64,000 bases of DNA from Parcubacteria group bacterium (GCA_943350175.1 CALQZX010000005.1:150-64149); one strand, 5' to 3'; numbered from the stretch's first letter, positions 16,891 through 27,755 are shown. Numbers and translations are program-made. The notes: generated from the sequence alone by a model not told the origin.

Positions 16891-18543
16891 ATGACAGAAA
16901 ATCAAACATTACAAAGCAAACATTGGTTAGACAAAGTTGTGGACGGAATTCTCAAGTGGCAAGAAAAGAATCAGATCTCAACTCTACACGTTGATGATAT
17001 GAAGACTCCATCAGGCAGAGTTCACACTGGTGCACTTCGTGGTGTTTTATTACATGATCTCGTCGCTCAAGTTTTACGTGAAAGAGGTGTGGAACCAAAA
17101 AACACCTATGTTTTTAATGACATGGATCCAATGGATGGTTTGCCAGCTTATCTAGATGAAAGCATTTTCGCAGAACATATGGGCAAACCACTTTTTCAAA
17201 TTCCAAGACCAGATTTAGATAAATGTGGTATCGATCTCAGTCAAGCTTCCGAATCTGAGCTAGAAGATCTCAAAAATGCCAAAAATTTTGCTGAAATTTA
17301 CGCCTTCGATTTTATTCATGCCTTTCGTTCTCTAGGCTGTTCACAGGATATTGTTTGGAGTCATGAACTTTACCAGGCTGGCAAAATGGATGAAGTAATT
17401 CGTTTGGCTTTGGATAGTGTTGCTGCAATGAAAAAGATTTACAAAGATGTGGCTAAATATGAATTGCCAGAAAATTGGTATCCTTTCCAAGTCATTTGTC
17501 CAGTTTGTGGAAAACTCGGCACTACCCTAGTCACTGACTGGGATGGCAATGAAGTCACTTTTGAGTGTCAAGAAAATAAAGTCACATGGGCCAAAGGTTG
17601 TGGCAATAAGGCCAAAATTAGCCCATTTGGCGGCACAGGTAAGCTACTTTGGAAAGTTGATTGGCCAGCTCATTGGACTGCCATGGGCATCAACATTGAA
17701 GGTGCTGGTAAAGATCACTGTAGCGCCGGTGGTTCTCGTGATATGGCTAATGCCGAGTGTGAGCAGGTTTTTAAAATTCCAGTGCCTTTCAATATTCCTT
17801 ATGAATGGATTTTGATCCGTGGTGCCAAAATGAGTTCGAGTAAAGGCGTCGGTACTTCTGCTCGTGAATTTACCAAACTTTTCCCACCTGCTGTCGGCCG
17901 TTTCTTATTTGCCAGTCATAATTATTCTCAAGTCATAGATTTCGATCCAAGCACTATGGCTATTCCAGATCTTTTTGATGAATATGATCAGGGCGCTAGA
18001 ATTTCTTGGAAACAAGAAGAAGGTGATGAAAGATTGGCTCGCGCTTTTGTTTTAGCTCAAGTTGCCAAGGTCCAAGAGAAATCTTTCCTACCTAGATTCC
18101 GAGATTTAGCAATGTGGATGCAGTATCCAGACAAAAATTTATTTGAGGAGTTCGCCAAAGTTAAAGGTAGCGAATTAAATGATCTTGAAAGATCTTTGCT
18201 TGAAGAACGCAAGGGTTATGCAGAAATTTGGTTGGCTAATTATGCCCCAGCTGAATATCAATTGCGTCCAAAAGCAGAGATGCCAGAGGAAGCTAAAAAC
18301 TTGAGTGAAGAGCAGCGTACTTTCTTGAAACAATTGCAAGCTTTATTAGCTGAAAACAAGGATTTATCTCCAGCTGATTTGCAACAAGCTATTTTTGATT
18401 TGTCTAAAGATGGCATTGGTCCTAGAAAAGCTTTTGAAAGTATTTATTTGCTGTTGCTCGGCAAAAAAGCTGGTCCAAGAGCAGGTTGGTTGTTGAGATC
18501 AACAAGTGAAGAGCTACTAGTTAGTCGCTTTAAGGAAATTTAA
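16891..18543 (+). CDS. lysS: lysyl-tRNA synthetase, class I
   Basis: Class I LysRS signature PSGRVHTGALRG (HIGH-like) and KMSSSKG (KMSKS), plus a Zn-binding CPVCG…C motif. Confidence 0.75.
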   Translation: MTENQTLQSKHWLDKVVDGILKWQEKNQISTLHVDDMKTPSGRVHTGALRGVLLHDLVAQVLRERGVEPKNTYVFNDMDPMDGLPAYLDESIFAEHMGKPLFQIPRPDLDKCGIDLSQASESELEDLKNAKNFAEIYAFDFIHAFRSLGCSQDIVWSHELYQAGKMDEVIRLALDSVAAMKKIYKDVAKYELPENWYPFQVICPVCGKLGTTLVTDWDGNEVTFECQENKVTWAKGCGNKAKISPFGGTGKLLWKVDWPAHWTAMGINIEGAGKDHCSAGGSRDMANAECEQVFKIPVPFNIPYEWILIRGAKMSSSKGVGTSAREFTKLFPPAVGRFLFASHNYSQVIDFDPSTMAIPDLFDEYDQGARISWKQEEGDERLARAFVLAQVAKVQEKSFLPRFRDLAMWMQYPDKNLFEEFAKVKGSELNDLERSLLEERKGYAEIWLANYAPAEYQLRPKAEMPEEAKNLSEEQRTFLKQLQALLAENKDLSPADLQQAIFDLSKDGIGPRKAFESIYLLLLGKKAGPRAGWLLRSTSEELLVSRFKEI

Positions 18544-18545
18544 TC

Positions 18546-19076
18546 ATGAATTTACCAAGCAGAGAATCTAGTGAGAATTTGCTTAAAAAATACATGGAAA
18601 ACGAAGCTTTGCTTCGTCACTCCAGAATGGTCGCGGCAGCCATGGAAGCCTACGCAGAATTTTTAGGCGAAGACGTAGAATTATGGTATGCCACTGGTCT
18701 ACTCCACGATTTGGACTGGGAAAAATATCCAGACGAGCATCCGATGAAAGCCGTAGCTGAATTTTTTGGCGATTATCCAGAGGAAATGAAACAAGCAATT
18801 TTAGCTCATGCCCCAGGTAGAACTGGAGCTAAAGCTGAGAGTTTGCTGGATCGCTATTTGTTCGCTTGTGATGAATTAAGTGGTTTAATGAATGCAGTGT
18901 CTCTAATGAGACCAAATGGTTTTGCAGATATGGAAGCTAAGTCCGTCAAGAAAAAGATCAAAGACAAATCTTTTGCTGCTAATGTTAGTCGCGAAGATAT
19001 TACTCTAGGTTTTGAGTTGATTGGTAAGACATCAGATGAACACATTGAATTTTTGATAGAGGTTTTTGGGAAATAA
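18546..19076 (+). CDS. HD-domain phosphohydrolase
   Basis: H…HD motif (LLHDLDWEKYPDEHP) and downstream His/Asp ligands. Confidence 0.65.
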   Translation: MNLPSRESSENLLKKYMENEALLRHSRMVAAAMEAYAEFLGEDVELWYATGLLHDLDWEKYPDEHPMKAVAEFFGDYPEEMKQAILAHAPGRTGAKAESLLDRYLFACDELSGLMNAVSLMRPNGFADMEAKSVKKKIKDKSFAANVSREDITLGFELIGKTSDEHIEFLIEVFGK

Positions 19077-19085
19077 AAAAATAAT

Positions 19086-19475
19086 TTATCTCTTGTTTAT
19101 TTTTTTCATGAAACTGTTGAGAGGTGCAATTGGAACTATCTTGCCGCTTTTTCCAGAGTCTTTTTCCCATTTCATCAACATAGAACCCTTCATTGCGCTT
19201 CTTATAGATTCAATACGCTTATTTTGAGGAATATTTTCTTTTCCGTATTGAGTGATGTCAATTGCGCCTAAATGTTCAAGCATCAATTTGTGAAAGTCAT
19301 CGTTTTCCATTGCTTCTTTTTTTATTTTTCTTTTCCATTCAAAATCAAGAAATTCTTCATATAATTTAGCTAACGTGCTTGGAATGCCAGCGGTATTCAT
19401 ATATTCTAAAACGAATTGATGGAAATCATTGATATTTGTCTCTTCTTGCCATGGATATTTTTGTTCTTCAGTCAT
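19086..19475 (-). CDS. hypothetical protein
   Basis: 129-aa ORF with no recognisable motif. Coding-like composition. Confidence 0.4.
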   Translation of the reverse strand: MTEEQKYPWQEETNINDFHQFVLEYMNTAGIPSTLAKLYEEFLDFEWKRKIKKEAMENDDFHKLMLEHLGAIDITQYGKENIPQNKRIESIRSAMKGSMLMKWEKDSGKSGKIVPIAPLNSFMKKINKR

Positions 19476-19849
19476 ATGTTTTTAATCTTTCATTTTTTAC
19501 ACTCAATCGCTTATTTTCATGTGTTACTTTTTGCAATTGCATCCTCTAGAGCATTTTTTGAGTTTTCTGCAGCTATTTTTCCAGCTTCTGCTCAACGCAT
19601 GTTTAAATCTAATTCTTCTCTCATTTCTTTCCAGTTTGGTTCAGCCTTTTTAGCAGGTTCGGCTTCCATAGCTTTTCTTATAGCTTCGCTAATTTTTTTG
19701 TACTCAGACTTTAATGTTTCAGTAATTTTTTCAATATAATTAATTTTTTCTTTACCTGCACATCTTAGTACTATAAACTATAGGATACTTGTCAAATTAT
19801 CTATCAATTTATTGACATTTTGACAGATAAGCAGTAAAATAGATCATTC

Positions 19850-20995
19850 ATGAACAAATTGACACATTTTGTTCCATCTAGCCTTGAAAAACAGTTTGAT
19901 GCTTGGCTCAATCCTTTAAAATTCGGGGAGATTTCTCTGGTGGTTGGTTATCCATGGAATGATCATGAAAGACGATTCAGTCAACTTTTAACTGACGAGA
20001 AACAAATTTGGCAGTCAATGTTTGGCAAAAATGCCAAATGGCAGCTGGTGGATTTTAGAGAACCAGAGATTACCCTGACCAATTTCGATGAATCTGCTCA
20101 GCCAAAAAACGAAAATCAGCTCTTAGCCATCTTTGGTTTTGAGCGACTGCTGGCATCTAAAAATGAAGCAGAAATAAACCAAATCATTAAATTATATCGC
20201 TCGCCTTTTGTCAAAATATTACTTTTTTCTGATCAAAATTTATACGATCCAGATTTCGAAGAATTTTTAAGCAATTTAAAGTCATTTCAACCCAGAGTTT
20301 TTGTTGGTCAATTTTATGATCCAAATGATGCAGAAAAATTTATTGATTACTTGGAAAATAAATGGCAATTTAAAGTTGATCCTATTTTACGCCAAAAAAT
20401 TATAGCTAATTCTGGCGGAGCACTCGGCTTAATTAAGGAAATGGTTTGGTTTGCTCGCGACAATTCGCAGGCCAGCTTTGAAGAAAATGCAAATCATGCT
20501 CAGTTACAGTCAATTCTCAAGTCATTTTGGAATCAATTCTCAAAGTCAAGCCAGTTGGTTTTGGCAGATGTAGTTCATAATCAAAAAGCAGGTGGTTTAA
20601 GCACGGTAATTGCGTATTTAAAACAAATTAAAATAATCAATAATGAAGGCACTAAGCTTTTATTACCATTGCTAGAAAAATATATTAAAGAATATGTTTC
20701 TAATCCCCTGTCACCTATGTTTGATGGGCAACAAATTTTCATTGATCAGCAGAATGTGACCAATTTTTTCACCAAAAAACAACGCAGAATTTTGAAGAAA
20801 CTGATTGCCAATCCAGAGAAAATAATTTCTAGAGAAGATTTAATGAATGAGATTTGGCAACAAAATGATCTTGAGGCATCAGATTGGGCTTTAGACTGTC
20901 ATATTAATAGATTGCGCCATCGCCTAGAAGAAATTGGTCTTGGTGAAAAACATTTGATTACCAAGCGCGGGAAAGGGTTTTTATGGAAGCCATAG
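19850..20995 (+). CDS. transcriptional regulator with C-terminal OmpR/PhoB-type winged-helix DNA-binding domain (no receiver domain)
   Basis: The C-terminal ~95 aa (TKKQRRILKKLIANPEKIISREDLMNEIW…INRLRHRLEEIG…ITKRGKGFLW) match trans_reg_C. The N-terminal 280 aa lack receiver-domain Asp motifs. Confidence 0.6.
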   Translation: MNKLTHFVPSSLEKQFDAWLNPLKFGEISLVVGYPWNDHERRFSQLLTDEKQIWQSMFGKNAKWQLVDFREPEITLTNFDESAQPKNENQLLAIFGFERLLASKNEAEINQIIKLYRSPFVKILLFSDQNLYDPDFEEFLSNLKSFQPRVFVGQFYDPNDAEKFIDYLENKWQFKVDPILRQKIIANSGGALGLIKEMVWFARDNSQASFEENANHAQLQSILKSFWNQFSKSSQLVLADVVHNQKAGGLSTVIAYLKQIKIINNEGTKLLLPLLEKYIKEYVSNPLSPMFDGQQIFIDQQNVTNFFTKKQRRILKKLIANPEKIISREDLMNEIWQQNDLEASDWALDCHINRLRHRLEEIGLGEKHLITKRGKGFLWKP

Positions 20996-22461
20996 CACCC
21001 AGAGTTATTTTACGCGAGACTGCGGAAGTCAATTCAGAACGAAAGGCAGGACTATCGCCTTACGTTCTTGGAAAAATCGATCTCGTATTAAGAGAAGTTT
21101 TAATTGACTCTTTTTATCATAATACAGATCGTGGCAGCAGACTACTTTCTCCTGGTGGAGAGAGTATGGCTGCCATGTTGCAGCAATCCGGGCTATATAG
21201 TGAAAAAGGTTTAATTGATGGTGTTCCAACGTTAATGCTGATGCTTAGAGAAAAAATGGTTTCTAAAGAAAATGTAGATTTAGAAAAGATTGCAAGGCAA
21301 GCGGTTGATCTAGTGATTGATGAGGCTGGTAATAGCGATTGGAAATGTTCAACAAAAGATTATCAAGTTGTGGACAATCTTTTGAGCAGTGGCAATTTAC
21401 TAAAAATGATTTTAGAATCGTTCTCTATTTTGGGTGCCAGTGGCGTAAATTGCCTGCACGGTCAAAACGGAGAATTTGAATTAATTTGGAATATTGAGTC
21501 TGGTTTGCCAAAATGGTTATCTTTACCAAAGCTCAAAGTGCTTAGAAATATGCGAAATGGTTTTATTGGTGATACTGAGGTAGAGCTATTTCCTCTAGGA
21601 GCAAAATTTTTTAAATTGAAATGCTGTAGACAAAAATCAGGCAACGAAGCAATGCCGTCAGTGATCACTTTTCTCAGTGGTTTCTTTGATGATGACAATA
21701 ATCAAGTCTTGCGTGGTGCTACTAAAATACGTATTAGTCCTTTGGGTGTAGCAGCTGACGCGCGCACAGGCCTGGTTTCTAGTTTACAGGCACTTCAATT
21801 GGATATTTCTTACAATCAGGGACAAGATAAGAGAGGTTATCGTTTTCTTGATCAGAAACCTGGTGATTTTTGCCACGTTGAAAAAAGTATACCTGCCGAT
21901 AAGATTCAAGATCCAGAAATATTAAACAGTCCAAGACACTCCTTAATTGCTCTTGGCAGAATGGTTCTTAATCAAGCCAGAATTAGCTCTTTTGATTCTG
22001 AAATGAAAACTGATGAGTCGACTTTGGTAAGTTTAAATTCTTTGGTGGAAGCGGTAGAAAAATTTCAATCACAAAAATTAATACCAGAGTTGGCTTTGAA
22101 AGAAACTATTAGTCGTTTAATTGGGGCAATCATTATTAATCCGTTTGTCATAATTAGACTGCTTCGATCAACAAGAATGGAAAGACTTTTCCCAAGGTTG
22201 GAAAATTTATTTCAATTAATTGGTCAAGTAAATCTAAGGGGTTCTGATGACGTCCATAATTATTTGGCTAGAAATGCCTATCAATTGCCATTTGCTTATA
22301 AACAAAGTGGAGAAATTAGGCTAAGTAAAAAAAGTTACAAAAAATTCTTCCCATTCATGTTGGAGAGATTGAATGATGAAAGTAGTCTCAGCATTGATCA
22401 AAAACCTCCTTTAAATTTGTCACCAGTGGCTAAATTGGCTTGGTATTTTGAGCAAGTTTAG
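20983..22461 (+). CDS. hypothetical protein, translationally coupled to the upstream regulator (13-nt overlap)
   Basis: 492-aa ORF with no recognisable motifs. Confidence 0.4.
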   Translation: MEAIAPRVILRETAEVNSERKAGLSPYVLGKIDLVLREVLIDSFYHNTDRGSRLLSPGGESMAAMLQQSGLYSEKGLIDGVPTLMLMLREKMVSKENVDLEKIARQAVDLVIDEAGNSDWKCSTKDYQVVDNLLSSGNLLKMILESFSILGASGVNCLHGQNGEFELIWNIESGLPKWLSLPKLKVLRNMRNGFIGDTEVELFPLGAKFFKLKCCRQKSGNEAMPSVITFLSGFFDDDNNQVLRGATKIRISPLGVAADARTGLVSSLQALQLDISYNQGQDKRGYRFLDQKPGDFCHVEKSIPADKIQDPEILNSPRHSLIALGRMVLNQARISSFDSEMKTDESTLVSLNSLVEAVEKFQSQKLIPELALKETISRLIGAIIINPFVIIRLLRSTRMERLFPRLENLFQLIGQVNLRGSDDVHNYLARNAYQLPFAYKQSGEIRLSKKSYKKFFPFMLERLNDESSLSIDQKPPLNLSPVAKLAWYFEQV

Positions 22462-22512
22462 AAGTGCTTCTAATCAGAAAAAAGCAAAATATGTTAAAAT
22501 CTATAGCTAGTT

Positions 22513-23769
22513 ATGCTAGACATTAATTTCATTCGCCAAAACAAAGATCAGGTCAAAGAAGCCTGTGTGAATAAAAATCTTGATTCTTCAATTATCGATC
22601 AACTTCTATCTGTAGATGAAGAGCGTCGTAATTTGCAAAAGGAAATGGATGCTTTGCGCAGTGAAGCTAATACTAATGCCGATTCCATCAAGAAAATGGT
22701 GGCAGAAGGTGGTCGTCCAAGTGTTGATTTAGTTGAAAATGGCAAATCCATTAAGGCTAAATTGAAGGATCTCGAGCCAAAAGATAAAGAAATTAATGAA
22801 AAGTTTTTGGAATTAATGAGCGGTGTGCCAAATGTGCCCGCAACCGATGTACCAATTGGTAAAGATGAATCTTTCAATCAAGTAGTGAGAGAAGAAGGTA
22901 GTAAGCGTGAATTTGACTTTACTCCAAAAACTCATGAAGAAATCATGAAAAATTTGGATTGGTTGGATACGGAGCGAGCCACCAAAATTGCAGGATTCAG
23001 AGGATATTTTCTCAAGAACGATGCTCTTTTTCTGGAGCAAGCTTTGCTCCTTTATGCTCTTTCGATCATGAAGAAGCATGGTTTTTCTGCCATGTCGGCG
23101 CCAATTTTGGTCAATAAAGAAGCGATGTTTGGTACAGGTTATTTCCCATGGGGAGCTGAAGATCATTATTACACTCAAGATGGTCAAATTTTGGCTGGCA
23201 CTGCTGAAGTGGCCCTGACCTCTTATTATGGTGGCGAATTGCTGCGTGAAAAAGACCTTCCTATTAAAATTTGTGGTATTTCGCCATGTTTCCGTCGTGA
23301 AGTTGGTTCTTACGGCAAAGACACCAAAGGCATTATTCGAGTTCATCAATTTAACAAAGTTGAGCAAGTGGTTCTGACTGTAGCAGATGAAGAAGTCACG
23401 AGAGATTGGCATACCAAGATGGTGGGCTTTTCTGAAGAATTGCTCAAAGGCTTAAATTTGCCTTATCAAGTGCTCCTGATGTGTTCTGGAGATATGGGTG
23501 CTGGTCAGCGCAAGAAATATGACATCGAAACTTGGTTCCCTGGTCAAGCTAAATATCGCGAGACTCACTCTGCTAGTTACTTCAACGATTTTCAGGCTCG
23601 TCGCCTCAACATTCGCTATCAAGCTAAAGACGGCAGCACTAAATTTGTTTACACTTTGAACAACACTGTAGCCGCTTCCCCACGTTTATTGGCAGCAGTG
23701 ATTGAGAACTATCAGCAAGCTGATGGCTCGGTGGAAATTCCAGAGGTTTTGAAGCCTTTTATGGTCTAG
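22513..23769 (+). CDS. serS: seryl-tRNA synthetase
   Basis: N-terminal coiled-coil MLDINFIRQNKDQVKE… and class II core motifs (FRRE, GAGQRK…). Confidence 0.9.
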   Translation: MLDINFIRQNKDQVKEACVNKNLDSSIIDQLLSVDEERRNLQKEMDALRSEANTNADSIKKMVAEGGRPSVDLVENGKSIKAKLKDLEPKDKEINEKFLELMSGVPNVPATDVPIGKDESFNQVVREEGSKREFDFTPKTHEEIMKNLDWLDTERATKIAGFRGYFLKNDALFLEQALLLYALSIMKKHGFSAMSAPILVNKEAMFGTGYFPWGAEDHYYTQDGQILAGTAEVALTSYYGGELLREKDLPIKICGISPCFRREVGSYGKDTKGIIRVHQFNKVEQVVLTVADEEVTRDWHTKMVGFSEELLKGLNLPYQVLLMCSGDMGAGQRKKYDIETWFPGQAKYRETHSASYFNDFQARRLNIRYQAKDGSTKFVYTLNNTVAASPRLLAAVIENYQQADGSVEIPEVLKPFMV

Positions 23770-23793
23770 AGATTTTGTAGCTTTCTTGTAATC

Positions 23794-24654
23794 TTGGCGA
23801 GGTATACTTGGATTATGCTAGAAAAAGCCAGTCAACCAATTCATAAGGTTGCAATTTTTCAGGGAATAAAGGTACGTAGAATTATCCACGATGGGGAGTG
23901 GTGGTTTTCGGTGGTGGATGTGATTAGAGTGTTGACGAATAGCAATAAACCAGCAGTTTATTGGAGCGTCATGAAGACTAGAGTTGAATCTAACGATGGT
24001 TTCCAGTTGTTTACAATTTGTAAACAACTGAAAATGAAATCAAATGATGGCAAAAGTTATGCTACCGATTGTGCTAATACCGAAGGTCTTTTTCGCATTA
24101 TTCAATCCATCCCCTCTCCCAAAGCCGAACCTTTTAAACGTTGGTTAGCCAAAGTTGGCTTTGAGCGTATTCAAGAGATTGAAAATCCAGAGTTAGCCAG
24201 CAAACGAACAAGACTACTTTACAAGTTGAAAGGCTATTCGGATGCCTGGATTGAAAAAAGGATGCGTGGCATTACCATTAGAGAAGAATTAACTGATGAA
24301 TGGAAAAAAAGAGGTGCAGAGCAACAAAAAGATTTTGAAATTTTAACAGCCGAAATATCCAAGGCAACATTCGGTCTCACACCGAGTGAATACAAAGAAC
24401 TAAAAGGTCTCAAGCGAGAAAACTTGCGTGATCACATGGATGATTTCGAGCTAATCTTCACCATGCTTGGCGAACGTTCTACCACAGAAATTCACAGAAT
24501 TGAAGATTCCAGTGGCGTGCCAAAATTGCAGTCTGATGCCAAGCGAGGTGGTGGGATTGCTGGTGTAGCCAGAACAGAGTTGGAAAAAGAAATTGGGAAA
24601 AAGGTGATGAGGGAAGAAAATTTTTTGCCAAAAGATGTGGAAAAATTAAAGTAA
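23794..24654 (+). CDS. Bro-N domain protein (phage antirepressor / DinD-like)
   Basis: KVRRIIHDGEWWFSVVDVIRVLTNSNKPAVYW is a typical Bro-N core. The C-terminal part is KilA/ANT-like. Confidence 0.6.
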   Translation: MARYTWIMLEKASQPIHKVAIFQGIKVRRIIHDGEWWFSVVDVIRVLTNSNKPAVYWSVMKTRVESNDGFQLFTICKQLKMKSNDGKSYATDCANTEGLFRIIQSIPSPKAEPFKRWLAKVGFERIQEIENPELASKRTRLLYKLKGYSDAWIEKRMRGITIREELTDEWKKRGAEQQKDFEILTAEISKATFGLTPSEYKELKGLKRENLRDHMDDFELIFTMLGERSTTEIHRIEDSSGVPKLQSDAKRGGGIAGVARTELEKEIGKKVMREENFLPKDVEKLK

Positions 24655-24713
24655 ATCTACCTTAAATTAGCCTAGATAAAACCACTCCTTGCCTCTATAA
24701 TCTAGCTCATTCT

Positions 24714-27700
24714 ATGTTTAAATTCCTCAAAAAATTCTTCGACGAAGAAGCCAAAAAACTCAATAAATACCAGTTGGTAGTTGATCAAATTAATTCTTTT
24801 GAGCCAGCTATGCAAGCTCTAAGCGACGCTGAGCTAGCCGCTCAAACCGCCAAATTCAAAGCACAAATTGCTGAGGCAGTCGCTGGAGCCAGCAAAGAAA
24901 ATCTCAAGGAAAAAGAACAAGCCATCTTAAGTGAAATTTTGCCAGAAGCCTACGCTACTGTGCGTGAAGCCTCTCATCGTATCCTTGGTATGCGTCATTT
25001 TGATGTTCAGCTTTTGGCTGGTGTAGCACTCAATGACGGCAACATCACTGAACAGAAAACTGGTGAAGGTAAAACTTTGACTGTCACTGCTCCGCTCTAT
25101 CTCAATGCTTTGCTTGGCAAGAGTGTTCAGTTGATTACAGTTAATGACTACTTGTCAGAAATTGGTCTTGGTTGGATGGGACCTTTGTATCATTTCTTGG
25201 GTCTTAAGGCTGCGGTTATCGTCCATGATCACGCCCGTCTATACAATCCAGATATTGATAGCGAGGAGCGTGGCGATGAGCGCTTGGAGCATTTCCAAGA
25301 AATTCCTCGCCAAGATGCTTATTTAGCTGACATCACTTATGGTACTAACAATGAGTTTGGTTTCGATTATTTGCGTGACAACATGGTTCAAAGTTTGGAT
25401 CAAATGGTTCAGCGTCAAAATATGCCTCACTATTTCGCCATTGTTGATGAGGCTGACTCTATTTTGATTGATGAGGCTCGCACTCCTCTCATTATTTCTG
25501 CTCCAGATAGCGAACCAACAGACAAATACTTTGAATATGCCAAAATGGTTCGCTCGCTGGTGATTGATCAAGATTTCAAATTGGATGAAAAATCAAAAAC
25601 CGCCACTTTGACTGATCTTGGTGTCAAACGTATTGAAGCCAAATTAGGTGTTAAAAATCTTTATGAAGAAAGTTTTGACACCATTCACCATGTTGAGTCT
25701 TCCCTCAAAGCCTCGACTCTTTATCGCCGTGATAAGGAATATATCGTTAAAGATAACCAAGTTGTGATCGTTGATGAGCACACTGGTCGTTTGATGTTTG
25801 GTCGTCGTTATAGCGATGGCTTACATCAAGCTATCGAAGCCAAAGAAGGCGTGCCGATTCAACAAGAATCTCGTACTCTGGCCACTGTTTCCCTGCAAAA
25901 CTACTTCCGTATGTACCAGAAACTTTCTGGTATGACTGGTACGGCTTTGACTGAAGCTGAAGAATTCAATCAAATTTATCATGTGGATGTTTTGTCTATT
26001 CCAACCAACCAAGCCGTCGTTCGTCAAGATTTACCAGATCAAGTTTACAAAAATACCGCTGCTAAATATTCAGCAATTGTTAGAGCAGTTGAAGAAATTC
26101 ACGCTGATGGCAGACCTGTTTTGATTGGAACTCGCTCCATCGAACATAACCAAATCGTTGCCAACTTTTTGAAACGCAAAAATATTCCTCATCAAGTTTT
26201 AAACGCTAAAAATCATGAAAAAGAAGCTTTCATTATTGCCGACGCAGGGCGAAGAGGCGCCATCACCGTGGCCACCAACATCGCTGGTCGTGGTGTGGAC
26301 ATTGTTCTTGGTGGCGCTAAGCCAGAGCTCAAGGATTTCTTGAAAGCAGAGCGTAGTAAAAAACGCACTGTTTTAGCTAAGAAATATGAGAAACTTGGTT
26401 TGCCAACCTCCATCAATCCAGCCAATTATGATTTAGATGCTTATGCTACCGCTTTGGAAAAATGGCAGGCTGATCATGATGACGTCGTGTCTGTGGGTGG
26501 TCTTGCTATCGTAGCTACAGAGCGTCACGAATCTCGTCGTATTGATAATCAATTGCGTGGTCGTGCTGGCCGTCAGGGTGATCCTGGAACTTCACAGTTT
26601 TTTGTGGCTTTGGATGATGAAATTATGCGTATTTTTGGTGGTGAGCAAATTGCCAAAGTCATGGATTTCTTGAAAATTGATGAAGATCAGGCTATTGAAA
26701 ATCCAATGGTTAGTAAAGCGATTGAATCAGCTCAGGTCAAAGTGGAAACTTTTTTCTTTGATCAACGCAAACGCTTGGTGGAGTTTGACGATGTCATGAA
26801 TAAGCATCGTGAGATTATTTACAAACGCCGTCGCCGTTTATTGGAAGCAGGGACAGTTGATGTTAAGCCAGGCAAAGGTTCTGATGATAAGCTTGCAACT
26901 GTTTTAATTGATGAGGAAGGCAAAAAGATCACTCTTAAAGATCAGATCATGAATTATCTCAGCAACGAAATTACTGGTTTGGTTTCCTTGCGTGCTCCTG
27001 AAAATTTCACCGATGAAGAATTTGAGGCAATTAGCAAAGAATTTGTCAAAATTATTCCTTTTGATGATGCTTCACAAAAACGTTTAAGTCAAAAAATTAG
27101 TAAACTTTCCAATACTGATGAGATTTCTTCAGAATTATTGGAAGTGGTGAGTAAAACTTATGAATCTAGAGAAAAAACTCTTGGTGAAGCGATTATGCGC
27201 GAGTTAGAAAAATATGTTGTCCTCTCTACCATCGACGAAAAATGGATGGATCATTTGGATGGTATTGAAGATTTGCGTGAAGGAATTTGGTTGCGTGGTG
27301 ATAAAAACACCGTTCTGGCTGAATACAAAAAAGAAGCTTTCGCTATGTTTGAAGGTTTAATTTCTAGTGTTGAAAGTACCATCGCGGCTCGTATTTTCCG
27401 CGTTCAGCCAATGATGCAGAGATCAACCATGCCAACTCAAGTGCAGCTCCAAGCCCCCTCAGAAGCCACGCCAAGTTTGGGTCAGGCAGTGCAAGTTGAG
27501 AGAAGACAAGAAAATGTTAATTCCAGTTCAGCCAACAGATCTGGTGGTAATGGCAAAACTAGTGATTTGGCAGCAGCTCTTGGAAAAATGGGCGGTGGAA
27601 ATGGCAACAATCTTAGGTCTGGATTATCTGGTAATGGCGGACAAGCTGAATCAGATAAATATGCCAAGGTTGGTCGCAATGATTTGTGCCCATGCGGATC

Positions 27701-27755
27701 AGGACTTAAATATAAGAAATGTGGATTGATCGGAGCGAGTGAGCATAAGGAGTAA
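24714..27755 (+). CDS. secA: preprotein translocase ATPase SecA
   Basis: DEAD-motor motifs, preprotein cross-linking domain, and the C-terminal zinc finger CPCGSGLKYKKCG. Confidence 0.95.
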   Translation: MFKFLKKFFDEEAKKLNKYQLVVDQINSFEPAMQALSDAELAAQTAKFKAQIAEAVAGASKENLKEKEQAILSEILPEAYATVREASHRILGMRHFDVQLLAGVALNDGNITEQKTGEGKTLTVTAPLYLNALLGKSVQLITVNDYLSEIGLGWMGPLYHFLGLKAAVIVHDHARLYNPDIDSEERGDERLEHFQEIPRQDAYLADITYGTNNEFGFDYLRDNMVQSLDQMVQRQNMPHYFAIVDEADSILIDEARTPLIISAPDSEPTDKYFEYAKMVRSLVIDQDFKLDEKSKTATLTDLGVKRIEAKLGVKNLYEESFDTIHHVESSLKASTLYRRDKEYIVKDNQVVIVDEHTGRLMFGRRYSDGLHQAIEAKEGVPIQQESRTLATVSLQNYFRMYQKLSGMTGTALTEAEEFNQIYHVDVLSIPTNQAVVRQDLPDQVYKNTAAKYSAIVRAVEEIHADGRPVLIGTRSIEHNQIVANFLKRKNIPHQVLNAKNHEKEAFIIADAGRRGAITVATNIAGRGVDIVLGGAKPELKDFLKAERSKKRTVLAKKYEKLGLPTSINPANYDLDAYATALEKWQADHDDVVSVGGLAIVATERHESRRIDNQLRGRAGRQGDPGTSQFFVALDDEIMRIFGGEQIAKVMDFLKIDEDQAIENPMVSKAIESAQVKVETFFFDQRKRLVEFDDVMNKHREIIYKRRRRLLEAGTVDVKPGKGSDDKLATVLIDEEGKKITLKDQIMNYLSNEITGLVSLRAPENFTDEEFEAISKEFVKIIPFDDASQKRLSQKISKLSNTDEISSELLEVVSKTYESREKTLGEAIMRELEKYVVLSTIDEKWMDHLDGIEDLREGIWLRGDKNTVLAEYKKEAFAMFEGLISSVESTIAARIFRVQPMMQRSTMPTQVQLQAPSEATPSLGQAVQVERRQENVNSSSANRSGGNGKTSDLAAALGKMGGGNGNNLRSGLSGNGGQAESDKYAKVGRNDLCPCGSGLKYKKCGLIGASEHKE

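Noticed and set aside
19416-19739. 107-aa plus-strand ORF in the 19476-19849 spacer
   Set aside because: It overlaps the start of the minus-strand gene 19086-19475 and is Phe/Ser/Leu-rich, i.e. the antisense of an AT-rich region. The minus strand there only yields a 25-aa peptide from an ATG. No support for a real gene.
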